DNA of 64,000 nucleotides, from the NCBI GenBank assembly GCA_002030045.1, contig LQBI01000002.1:136676-200675 (forward strand). Direction: 5' to 3'. Below are positions 47,373 to 55,669 of this stretch, in pieces (the first letter of the stretch is position 1; every line of letters begins with the position of its first letter). The stretch comes from Candidatus Aegiribacteria sp. MLS_C. Lineage in GTDB: Bacteria > Fermentibacterota > Fermentibacteria > Fermentibacterales > JCC-6. Position numbers and translations under genes: made by a program. Under the pieces are notes generated by a model, which made no database searches, was not told the DNA's origin, and saw only the letters and a list, made by a program, of their open reading frames with translations.

Positions 47373-47675
47373 TCAGGGCTCTATCTCCTTCAGCACCTCG
47401 AGGAAGTCTCGGTACTCCAGGGCCTGCCAGCTTTCGGCCTCAAGCGCCCCCTCGGACCTGGAGATGAGGGAGACCTTGTGCGCGGTCTCCACGTCGGGAG
47501 CCTGGTAGATGTCCATGAAATCGTATGGACCCAGGATGGCATAGTGGGCTATCCACTTGACCTCCGGACAGCTCTCCCTGACCTTGTGCAGCCACTCCTT
47601 GCCCATCTGCTTCCTGCTGCCGGCGTCATGCAGGCTCCCGGGACCGTGCTTCGTCATGAGAACGAACGTGGGCAT
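47373..47675 (-). CDS. GYD-domain protein
   Basis: MPTFVLMTK...[22 protein letters not shown]... matches the GYD family pattern. AAAGGAGA Shine-Dalgarno. Confidence 0.65.
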   Translation of the reverse strand: MPTFVLMTKHGPGSLHDAGSRKQMGKEWLHKVRESCPEVKWIAHYAILGPYDFMDIYQAPDVETAHKVSLISRSEGALEAESWQALEYRDFLEVLKEIEP

Positions 47676-47820
47676 GACATCTCCTTTCCGTTCAGTTTCC
47701 GAATGGATTTTGCTACAAAGCCGGCCCTTTGGCAAGTGCCTTTCTCCTTCTCCATCTGATGAGGCGGCCGGAATTCCGTATATTCGGTGCCGGAGGTTCC
47801 AGAATGGACAGGACGCCACA

Positions 47821-48519
47821 TTGACCCCGCCCGAAGGAGCGGTGGTACTCCTCAGTGGAGGTCTCGACTCGGCGACGGTGCTGCACATTGCCGTCGACAT
47901 GGGTTTCGAGGTCCACGCGCTGACGTTCGGCTACGGGCAGAGGCACTCGCCGGAACTCAGGGCCGCCGCACTGGTGGCAGAGAGGGCGGGAGTGAAGGAC
48001 CATATCACCGTGTTCCTTGACCCCAGGCTCTTTCAGGGCTCCGCCCTGACCGGCTACGGAGAGGTTCCCGACGGATCGGCGCTGCGGGAGGAAGGGGCGA
48101 TACCCTCCACTTATGTGCCGGCGAGGAACACCGTCTTCCTGTCCCTTGCGCTGGCCCGAGCCGAGTCCATCGGTTCCAGGGACGTATTCATAGGCGTCAA
48201 TTCTCTTGACTACAGCGGATATCCCGACTGCAGGCCGGAATTCATCGAGGCCTTCCGCAGGATGGCGGGGCTTGCGACCAGGGATGCGCTGGAGGGTAGA
48301 CCGGTGAGGATCCACGCTCCTCTTCTGGAGATGACCAAGGCCCGTATCATAGAACGCGGGCTGGAACTGGGAGTGGATTACTCACTGACACTCAGCTGCT
48401 ACAGGCCCGACGGGCACGGAAGGCCCTGCGGTACCTGCGATTCATGCATGCTGAGGCTCAGGGGATTCCGCGAGGCCGGGACCGAGGACCCGGCGGTCTA
48501 CTCTACGGAAGGGGAATGA
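47821..48519 (+). CDS. queC: 7-cyano-7-deazaguanine synthase
   Basis: PP-loop SGGLDS, a C-terminal zinc site ([17 protein letters not shown]). TTG start. Confidence 0.85.
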   Translation: MTPPEGAVVLLSGGLDSATVLHIAVDMGFEVHALTFGYGQRHSPELRAAALVAERAGVKDHITVFLDPRLFQGSALTGYGEVPDGSALREEGAIPSTYVPARNTVFLSLALARAESIGSRDVFIGVNSLDYSGYPDCRPEFIEAFRRMAGLATRDALEGRPVRIHAPLLEMTKARIIERGLELGVDYSLTLSCYRPDGHGRPCGTCDSCMLRLRGFREAGTEDPAVYSTEGE

Positions 48520-49121
48520 CAGTGCCCTACAGGATAAAGGAGATGGTCCACACCATTCAGGGGGAGGGGTCGAATGCCGGAAGGGTGGTGGTCCTGTGCC
48601 GTTTCGAGGGGTGCAACCTCTCCTGTGACTTCTGCGATACGGATCACGAGGGTATCGACGGTCCCGGCGGCGGAGAGTTCGGGACCGGGGTCGAGGTGGC
48701 GGAAAGAGCGGTCTCCCTGTGGAGAGGCGGGCCCGGAATGAAGGCGGTGCTCTGTACCGGGGGGGAGCCTCTGCTGCAGCTGGACGCCCCCCTGGTGGAG
48801 GAGTTCCACCGCAGGGGTTTCAGCGTACTGGTGGAGACCAACGGGACGCTCCCTCTGCCGACCGGAGTGGACTTCGTATGCGTCAGCCCGAAGGCCCCCG
48901 TGCTGCCTGTGATCAGGAGCGGCGACGAACTCAAGCTGCCATTCCCGCTTCCGGGATGCGACCCCGGCATCTTCCTGGGACTGGATTTCAGGCATTTCTT
49001 CATCCAGCCCGTATGGGGAAGAAACTATGCCTCCAGTATGCGGAAGGCCGTGGAATACTGCATGGAGCACCCGGAGTGGAGGATCAGTATGCAGATGCAC
49101 AGATACCTGGGGATACCCTAG
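48516..49121 (+). CDS. queE: 7-carboxy-7-deazaguanine synthase (radical SAM)
   Basis: CxxxCxxC variant ([10 protein letters not shown]) and TIQGEG N-terminal motif. 4-nt overlap with queC. Confidence 0.85.
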   Translation: MTVPYRIKEMVHTIQGEGSNAGRVVVLCRFEGCNLSCDFCDTDHEGIDGPGGGEFGTGVEVAERAVSLWRGGPGMKAVLCTGGEPLLQLDAPLVEEFHRRGFSVLVETNGTLPLPTGVDFVCVSPKAPVLPVIRSGDELKLPFPLPGCDPGIFLGLDFRHFFIQPVWGRNYASSMRKAVEYCMEHPEWRISMQMHRYLGIP

Positions 49122-49130
49122 GAGGGAGAG

Positions 49131-49493
49131 ATGTCCATGGAAGTATACAGGGAGTTCAGTTTCGATGCCGCCCACCTTCTTCCGGGAGTGACGCCGGGCC
49201 ACAGCTGCAGCAGGATGCATGGGCATACCTTCAGGGTGGTGGTCACCCTCGAGGGGGATGTAGGTGCCGAGAGCGGCTGGGTCAGGGATTTCGGCGAATT
49301 GAAGGAGGCATGCCGGCCGGTGATAGACCAGCTCGATCACACCTTCCTCAACGACATTCCCGGGTTGGAGAACCCCACCAGCGAGAACCTGGCGGTATGG
49401 ATATGGAACAGGCTCAAAACCAGGCTGCCCGAACTCAGCATGGTGGAGGTCGGCGAGACCCCCTCCACGGGATGCCGTTACAGGGGGGACTGA
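49131..49493 (+). CDS. queD: 6-carboxy-5,6,7,8-tetrahydropterin synthase
   Basis: Zn/His motifs (FDAAHLLPG...CSRMHGHTF) and a C-terminal E...H. GGAGGGAGAG Shine-Dalgarno. Confidence 0.85.
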   Translation: MSMEVYREFSFDAAHLLPGVTPGHSCSRMHGHTFRVVVTLEGDVGAESGWVRDFGELKEACRPVIDQLDHTFLNDIPGLENPTSENLAVWIWNRLKTRLPELSMVEVGETPSTGCRYRGD

Positions 49494-49497
49494 TGTA

Positions 49498-50298
49498 ATG
49501 GTGGACGTCCAGAACCGCAGGGACGGCAGGATGATCACTCTGGACGAGGCAGGCATCAGGGACCTGCTCTACCCCGTGACCATCCTGGACCGGGAGAGGG
49601 ACAGGCAGAGGACCGTTGCACGCATATCCATGTCCGTTGAACTCCCCCATCATTTCAAGGGCACGCACATGAGCAGGTTCATGGAAGTGCTGGGCCGGCA
49701 CGACCGGGACTTCGACGGCAGGACCATCCCAGCGATCCTGGAGGAGCTTAAGCGGGTGCTGGACGCCAGGTCGGCGCGAATGACCATGGAGTTCCCATAT
49801 TTCATGGAGAAGCGGGCGCCGGTCACGGGCGCCGCCGCCAGGATGGACTACCGGTGCCGTTTCCAGGGCGCCAGCGGCCCCGGGGGCGAGGATTTTGTCC
49901 TGACCGTCTCGGTGCCGGTCAGCAGTCTCTGCCCATGCAGCCGCGAGATAAGCAGCTACGGCGCTCACAACCAGAGGGGCAGCATCACAATGGAGGTCAG
50001 GAGCATCGCCGGCGGGGACGGGCTCCCGTCCATGGTCTGGATCGAGGAACTGGTCTCCGTGGCGGAGTCGTCGGCCTCCTCCCCGGTGTACGGACTGCTG
50101 AAGAGACCGGACGAGAAATTCGTCACCGAGAGTTCCTACGACAACCCGGTGTTCGTCGAGGACATGGCCAGGAACGCCTCGGTGCAGCTGATGTCCGACC
50201 CCAGGATCATCTGGTTCAGGGTAACCGCCGAGAGCCTGGAGAGCATTCACAATCATACGGCCTACGCGGTATACGAATGGAGCCGTAAGGACGGATAG
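49498..50298 (+). CDS. folE2: GTP cyclohydrolase IB (FolE2/MptA family)
   Basis: KGTHMSRF motif and CPCSREIS cysteine pair. Confidence 0.8.
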   Translation: MVDVQNRRDGRMITLDEAGIRDLLYPVTILDRERDRQRTVARISMSVELPHHFKGTHMSRFMEVLGRHDRDFDGRTIPAILEELKRVLDARSARMTMEFPYFMEKRAPVTGAAARMDYRCRFQGASGPGGEDFVLTVSVPVSSLCPCSREISSYGAHNQRGSITMEVRSIAGGDGLPSMVWIEELVSVAESSASSPVYGLLKRPDEKFVTESSYDNPVFVEDMARNASVQLMSDPRIIWFRVTAESLESIHNHTAYAVYEWSRKDG

Positions 50299-50375
50299 AA
50301 CCTCCGGAGATTGCACATCCTCATCTTCTTGACTATCGTCAACCTGCAGGAACGATCATTCAGAAAGGAGATTCA

Positions 50376-51614
50376 ATGAAGGTTTTTCTAGCTCTGATGG
50401 TTCTCTCCGCAGCTGTTCTGGCGCTTCCGGCGGAGGACTTCGACCTTGAGGCCATGGAGATGTCCGGTGAGAGCGGCCTCCTGTTCGACGCTCCCCGCTA
50501 CGACCAGAAGGCCGATCCTCCCAGGGGCCAGGTGCTTCTCATCCCCGACTCCGGCGCTGATGTGGTGGCGATGTTCGATCCATACGACGGCACCTACTGG
50601 GGCGACTTCATAGTGGACGATTCAACCGGCACCTACTACAACTTCGCCACTCCCATAAACGCCATGCAGATCTACGGCCAGTACATACTGGTCTCGGACC
50701 AGGTCTCGGACGCCGTCTGGGGCTTCGACGAGTACGGCAATTACCTGTACACCGTGGCTGACGGCACCTACCTCAACAACGTGAGGGGCATCGACTTCAG
50801 GGACGACACAGTGTTCGTCACCAGCGGCGACGACTACGTTGCCATGTTCGACGGCCCCGGTTCCTTCGTCGGCTACTTCATACAGGACGGCACCGATCCC
50901 TTCGACATCATGTTCGTCGACGAGGTTGAGTCGGGGTCCGCCCTCTACTGCGACATACAGGGCACCACCGACAACGTGAGGCACTACTACGCCGACGGCA
51001 CCCTCTACCAGGAACTCTTCAATACCTCATTCCCCGAGCAGGTGCAGGTGGACATCCTGAACACGGGTTACTACCTGGTAGCCTCATTCAGCGACAACAT
51101 GATCTACCAGTTCACCATCGACGGGACCATAACCGACTCGTGGAGCTTCAGCGGCGGCCGGGGCATCTTCCGTCTCGGCAACGGCAACCTGCTGGCCACC
51201 AACGGCACCGGCGTGCATGAGCTGGATGCCGCCACCGGGGCCATAATCGAGACCGAGTACGCTGGTCAGGCCAGGTTCATCGAGCTGGTGGACCTTCCGG
51301 GCGTGGCCATAGGGGATACCCCTCCCTCGGTCTGGATACAGTCCCCAGGCATGAGCGTCTACCCCAACCCCTTCCATGACATGCTCAGCGTGAGCATCAC
51401 GCTTCCGCAGGCCACCCAGGTCTCGCTGGAGGTCTACTCCATCGAGGGAAGGATGGTCAGGGAACTGGATGCAGGCTCCATGGGCGCCGGCCACCACCTG
51501 CTGACCTGGGACGGGACCTCCGACGGCGGCAGCCCTCTCGGCCAGGGAGTGTACTTCGTTCGGATGACCACTCCCGCAGGGGTGACAACCATGAAGGTCA
51601 ACCTGCTTAGGTAA
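50376..51614 (+). CDS. T9SS C-terminal-target-domain secreted protein (beta-propeller-like N-terminal region)
   Basis: Signal peptide. C-terminal Por_Secre_tail (SVYPNPFHDMLSVSITLPQATQVSLEVYSIEGRMVRELD...GVYFVRMTTPAGVTTMKVNLLR). Confidence 0.6.
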   Translation: MKVFLALMVLSAAVLALPAEDFDLEAMEMSGESGLLFDAPRYDQKADPPRGQVLLIPDSGADVVAMFDPYDGTYWGDFIVDDSTGTYYNFATPINAMQIYGQYILVSDQVSDAVWGFDEYGNYLYTVADGTYLNNVRGIDFRDDTVFVTSGDDYVAMFDGPGSFVGYFIQDGTDPFDIMFVDEVESGSALYCDIQGTTDNVRHYYADGTLYQELFNTSFPEQVQVDILNTGYYLVASFSDNMIYQFTIDGTITDSWSFSGGRGIFRLGNGNLLATNGTGVHELDAATGAIIETEYAGQARFIELVDLPGVAIGDTPPSVWIQSPGMSVYPNPFHDMLSVSITLPQATQVSLEVYSIEGRMVRELDAGSMGAGHHLLTWDGTSDGGSPLGQGVYFVRMTTPAGVTTMKVNLLR

Positions 51615-51626
51615 CGGTACTTACCA

Positions 51627-51653
51627 GGGGACGGAGGTTCTTCCTCCGTCCCC
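51627..51653. terminator. Perfect 11-bp hairpin ggggacggagg-ttctt-cctccgtcccc between convergent genes
   Basis: Seen directly. Likely a bidirectional terminator. Confidence 0.5.
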
Positions 51654-51659
51654 CTACAT

Positions 51660-53279
51660 CTATTCCCTCAATGCCTCCTCCAGGACCATTACCATTCCCG
51701 TGTCCATGCTCCCGTCGTCCCGTTTGAATCCGAAGGACAGGTCTCCGGCGCCCCGGTAGGTCCACCATGTCCAGTGCAGGCCCAGCTGGTTCATGACCGA
51801 GAGCATGTCCCGGGCCAGTCGGACCCTGGAATCCTGCGGCGCTCCGTTTATCACCCCCAGCTCTCCCACGTAGAGCGGCGAGCCCTGCCTATGGGCGAAA
51901 TCGGCGGCTGGGGATATCGCATCGAGGATCGCATCCCTGTCGAAGTACTCGTACTCGCCCCTCAGGTAGTCGGCCCTCAGCGTGACACTGCCCCGGTTCT
52001 CCGGGGCCCTGACCCAGCAGGAGAGACGGAGGCTGTCCACCCCATCCAGTGAGACCAGGGGACCGGTGCGCTTCGTGGCCTGGTACCAGGAAGCCGAACC
52101 GGTACTTCCTTCCAGTACGGCGCTGCGGCCGCTTGTGCGGCCGCTTGTGCGGCCGACCTCCCCCCATTCGGCACGGAAGTCCCCCTCCGCGCTGTAGTAC
52201 CAGGTGGAGGGCCAGGGGCCGCGGGCCGGCGAAGGCTCCTCGAAGTCGGGGTTCCAGACCTGGAAGGATGCGCCGTTGACTTCCAGCTCCAGGTCGTCGA
52301 ACTGAACCATTCCTGTATTTCCCGAGGCTCCCAGCCTGAAACCGGCCCACTCGGCATCCTCATCGGGACGCAGCACGCCCGTGTCCAGCCTGGTCCAGTC
52401 GCCGGCCGGCGTCTCCAGGGCCGTCTCCTCCGAGGAGGAGACCGTCTTCACCGCCGTCAGGACCTCCCCGGGGTAGACCGTGCCCGGCGGCACCGGGGCG
52501 TCGTCACCCCAGGTGGCTCCCCAGTGGGTCACCGGGAAGGGTCTGTAGAAGTGGATGGTATAGACGACTCCCGGGTCGTCGTAGGGCCTGAACCCCTCCT
52601 CCCAGTACCCGACCATGTCCACGAAGATGATGTGGTCAGGGTCCTGCTCACGGATGGATGAAATGATCTCCCTCGAGAGCACCCACCACTGGACCCTGTG
52701 CGGGGGGCGCGGCTCGTTATAGATGTCGTACCCGGCGATCATCGGTTCTCCCGCGTACACCGCGGCGATCTCGCCCCAGAGGTCCGCCAGCATTCCGCCT
52801 CCCTCGTCCCAGACCCCGGTACCGGCGGCCCTGTCGTTTGGCGGGACCACGTGCATGTCCAGGATGAGGTACATCCCCTCCTCCCGGCACCACTCCAAGT
52901 AATCGTCCACCAGCGCGTACCCCGAGGTATCGGCGAACAGCTTCCAGTTGAGGCAGAGGCGCAGGGCGTTCGCCCCCATCTCCGAAAGCAGACGGACGTC
53001 CTCCCGGCCTGCGTAGGTGAACGGGCGCGAAGTGTCGTCACCGATCAGGTGGTAGAAGAGGTCCATGTTGACTCCCCTGAGCATGACAGGCCGTCCGTTG
53101 CCGTCGACTATTGAGCCGTCATCCACGGTCAGCACGCCGCCGGCCGCAGCCACGGCCGCTGTATCAGCCGGAGTAGATGCCGAGGGAGCGCAGGATCCCG
53201 TGAAGAGGAATGCGGCACACGCCATTGATAGGACTGCGGAGACGGTCTTCAGGCCGGTCTCCGACCTGCGGGGAATGGA
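51660..53279 (-). CDS. Glycoside hydrolase family 5 (cellulase-like) lipoprotein with an inserted/C-terminal beta-sandwich region
   Basis: Lipobox FTGSCAPS. GH5 motifs (GVNMD, NALRLCLNW, YDIYNEPR catalytic acid NEP, GELG nucleophile region). Confidence 0.7.
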   Translation of the reverse strand, partial: SIPRRSETGLKTVSAVLSMACAAFLFTGSCAPSASTPADTAAVAAAGGVLTVDDGSIVDGNGRPVMLRGVNMDLFYHLIGDDTSRPFTYAGREDVRLLSEMGANALRLCLNWKLFADTSGYALVDDYLEWCREEGMYLILDMHVVPPNDRAAGTGVWDEGGGMLADLWGEIAAVYAGEPMIAGYDIYNEPRPPHRVQWWVLSREIISSIREQDPDHIIFVDMVGYWEEGFRPYDDPGVVYTIHFYRPFPVTHWGATWGDDAPVPPGTVYPGEVLTAVKTVSSSEETALETPAGDWTRLDTGVLRPDEDAEWAGFRLGASGNTGMVQFDDLELEVNGASFQVWNPDFEEPSPARGPWPSTWYYSAEGDFRAEWGEVGRTSGRTSGRSAVLEGSTGSASWYQATKRTGPLVSLDGVDSLRLSCWVRAPENRGSVTLRADYLRGEYEYFDRDAILDAISPAADFAHRQGSPLYVGELGVINGAPQDSRVRLARDMLSVMNQLGLHWTWWTYRGAGDLSFGFKRDDGSMDTGMVMVLEEALRE

Positions 53280-53287
53280 CATCCGGA

Positions 53288-53698
53288 TCAGTCTTCCCCT
53301 CCCGGTCTCCTGTACTCGGCATCCACCGAGATGGAGATCCCGCCCCTGATGCCGAAATCCGCGAGCACCCTGCACCACAGGGGCTCCAGGGCATCGACCA
53401 GGTCGTCGAGTATTCGGTTCGCCACGTGCTCGTGGAATACACCCTCGTTCCTGAACGTCCAGAGGTAGAGCTTCAGTGATTTTGACTCCAGTATCCTTTC
53501 ACCGGGCACGTACTCTATGGTGAGCGCGGCGAAGTCAGGCTGACCGGTCTTCGGGCAGAGGCAGGTGAACTCGTCGGTGGTCAGGGTGACCATGTACTCC
53601 CTTCCGGGATGATGGTTCGGGAAGGTCTCCAGTTTCCTTGTGGGGACGCTTGCCCCTCCCAGGACCGAGAGACCCTCCAGATCGCTCTCGTCAGTCAT
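53288..53698 (-). CDS. queF: NADPH-dependent 7-cyano-7-deazaguanine reductase (type I, unimodular)
   Basis: Active-site CLCPKTGQPDF and E(S/L)K(S/A)LKLY motif (ESKSLKLYLWTFRNEGVFHE). Confidence 0.8.
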   Translation of the reverse strand: MTDESDLEGLSVLGGASVPTRKLETFPNHHPGREYMVTLTTDEFTCLCPKTGQPDFAALTIEYVPGERILESKSLKLYLWTFRNEGVFHEHVANRILDDLVDALEPLWCRVLADFGIRGGISISVDAEYRRPGGED

Positions 53699-54399
53699 AC
53701 GTCCAGTTTCCTCCATTCCTCGTTGAACCTGGGATCCAGGACCGGACATGCCGTGTCCCTGACCGGACGTTTCCAGGGCCGGACATCCAGGCCCCCCGCC
53801 CGCCAGAGCCCGATTGCCTCCACTATCAGGCGCCATCTCCATTCCGGTTCCGTATGTCCCCAGTCTTCCGCCAGTTCAAGCAGCCTCTCCGGGGACGATC
53901 CCCTCCAGGCCTCTTCGAGTGCGGACAGACGGAGGGTCAGGAAACCCTCCTCGGACGGCGTTCCGGTGCGGTCGGCGATGCCCGACCTCCTGGCCGCCCT
54001 GCTGGCCAGGACCTGCCCCAGGGCGCCTCCGTCCGCGCAGAGCAAAGCACACTCATCATGGTCGCAACGGGCCTCTGCGAGCCTGTAGAGGGGGCCTGTC
54101 CTGAGCCTGGCAGCCCCTTCCGGGTCCCCTGTCTCAACGTGCATCAGCGCCGCCCTCCTGAACAGTTCCTCGGCTTCCTTCCAGTCGCCGGTCCTGCATG
54201 CAATGTCCGCCAGCATGGAGAGGGCGACGGGCCATCGCGGGTTCTCCTCGAAAAGCCTGCGGCAGGACTTCTCCGCCTCTTGAAGGTTGCCAAGGTCCAC
54301 CAGCAGGCGGACCTCCCTCCGCAGGAGCTTCCTCCTGGCGGCGGGGTCCGTCTCCCCCCTCAGCCTGTTCCTCAGGGCGAGGAGCTGCCTGCCTGACAT
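53695..54399 (-). CDS. Hypothetical TPR-like helical protein
   Basis: Alpha-helical repeats (LVDLGNLQEAEKSCRRLFEENPRW...). Overlaps the queF start by 4 nt. Confidence 0.35.
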   Translation of the reverse strand: MSGRQLLALRNRLRGETDPAARRKLLRREVRLLVDLGNLQEAEKSCRRLFEENPRWPVALSMLADIACRTGDWKEAEELFRRAALMHVETGDPEGAARLRTGPLYRLAEARCDHDECALLCADGGALGQVLASRAARRSGIADRTGTPSEEGFLTLRLSALEEAWRGSSPERLLELAEDWGHTEPEWRWRLIVEAIGLWRAGGLDVRPWKRPVRDTACPVLDPRFNEEWRKLDV

Positions 54400-54444
54400 A
54401 CCCGTTTCAGAGGGCAGCAGCGGCCCCACATCCGGCAGAAGGTT

Positions 54445-55518
54445 TCACAGCCACTTCTTCCTCCTGAAGAAGAGGATCATGATGACCGCCACAAGGACCA
54501 TCACTCCAAGGGTTGCGAAGTATCCGAACTCCCACTTCAGTTCCGGCATGTATCGGAAGTTCATTCCGTAGACCCCGGCTATGAATGTGAGAGGAATGAA
54601 AATGGTGGCGATTATGGTGAGCACCTTCATAACCTCGTTCATCCTGTTGCTCACGCTGGAGAGATAGGTGTCGTGCATTCCCGAAACTATGTCCCTGTAT
54701 GTCTCGATGGTTTCTATCACCTGGATCGTGTGATCGTACAGATTGCGCAGGAAGACCGATGTGGATTCACGGACCAGTTTCGAACCGCTCCTCTCCAGCA
54801 GGGCGATCTCCTCCCTGAGAGGCCACACGGTCCTCCTTATATGCAGCAGTGCTCTCTTGAACAGGTGGATGTCGGAGAAGGTCTCCGGTTCGGGTTCCAG
54901 TATCACCCTTTCCTCGAGATCCTCTATGCGGTCGCCTATGCTCTCCAGTATCAGGAAGTAGCTGTCCACCACGGCGTCCATCAGCGAGTAGGCCAGGTAG
55001 TCCGAGCCCGCACTCCGTATCCTCCCCTTGCCGTTCCTTATCCTCTCACGCACAGGGTCGAAGACGTCGCCCGGTCTCTCCTGGAAGGTGATGACGAAAT
55101 TGGCGCCGATTATCAGGCTCACCTGCTCCGTGTCAATCGCCGACATCTCCCGGGAGTATTCCAGCATCCTGAGCACTACGAAGATGTAACCGTCGAAATC
55201 CTCGAACTTGGGTCTCTGAGTCGTGTTCACGATGTCCTCGATGGTCAGTGCATGTAGACCGAAGAGCTGTCCAAGACGCTCGATGACCTTCTCGTCGTGG
55301 ATTCCCTCGACGTTGATCCATACCAGGTTCTTCGACCTGCAGAGGTCCGCGCACTCCTCGGGGGAGGACATCTCCTTCTCCTCGTGGAGGTCGTGATTGA
55401 ACCTCATGTAGGAAATCCTGACCTCATCCACCCTCTTCCTGCCGATGAAGAGAGGAGTACCCGGCGGCTGCGCGGCCTTCTCGCTGACCCTTCTGTCGAT
55501 CTGCCTGTCTGCGGGCAT
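54445..55518 (-). CDS. corA: Magnesium/cobalt transporter CorA
   Basis: YGMNF motif before the last two TM helices, with an acidic N-terminal funnel domain. Confidence 0.85.
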   Translation of the reverse strand: MPADRQIDRRVSEKAAQPPGTPLFIGRKRVDEVRISYMRFNHDLHEEKEMSSPEECADLCRSKNLVWINVEGIHDEKVIERLGQLFGLHALTIEDIVNTTQRPKFEDFDGYIFVVLRMLEYSREMSAIDTEQVSLIIGANFVITFQERPGDVFDPVRERIRNGKGRIRSAGSDYLAYSLMDAVVDSYFLILESIGDRIEDLEERVILEPEPETFSDIHLFKRALLHIRRTVWPLREEIALLERSGSKLVRESTSVFLRNLYDHTIQVIETIETYRDIVSGMHDTYLSSVSNRMNEVMKVLTIIATIFIPLTFIAGVYGMNFRYMPELKWEFGYFATLGVMVLVAVIMILFFRRKKWL

Positions 55519-55669
55519 CGAACCCCCTTTCAGAACGGAACCCCGACCTGCAGGAGAGGCTGGGGAAGGTTTGCCTTACGGGACTGATTATAGTCAAAGA
55601 GCATCCGGTCCGGGCATCGGCGTTCTCCTGCCAGGCGCGGACGGACTTCTTCGGTGAAGAAGCGGCACA

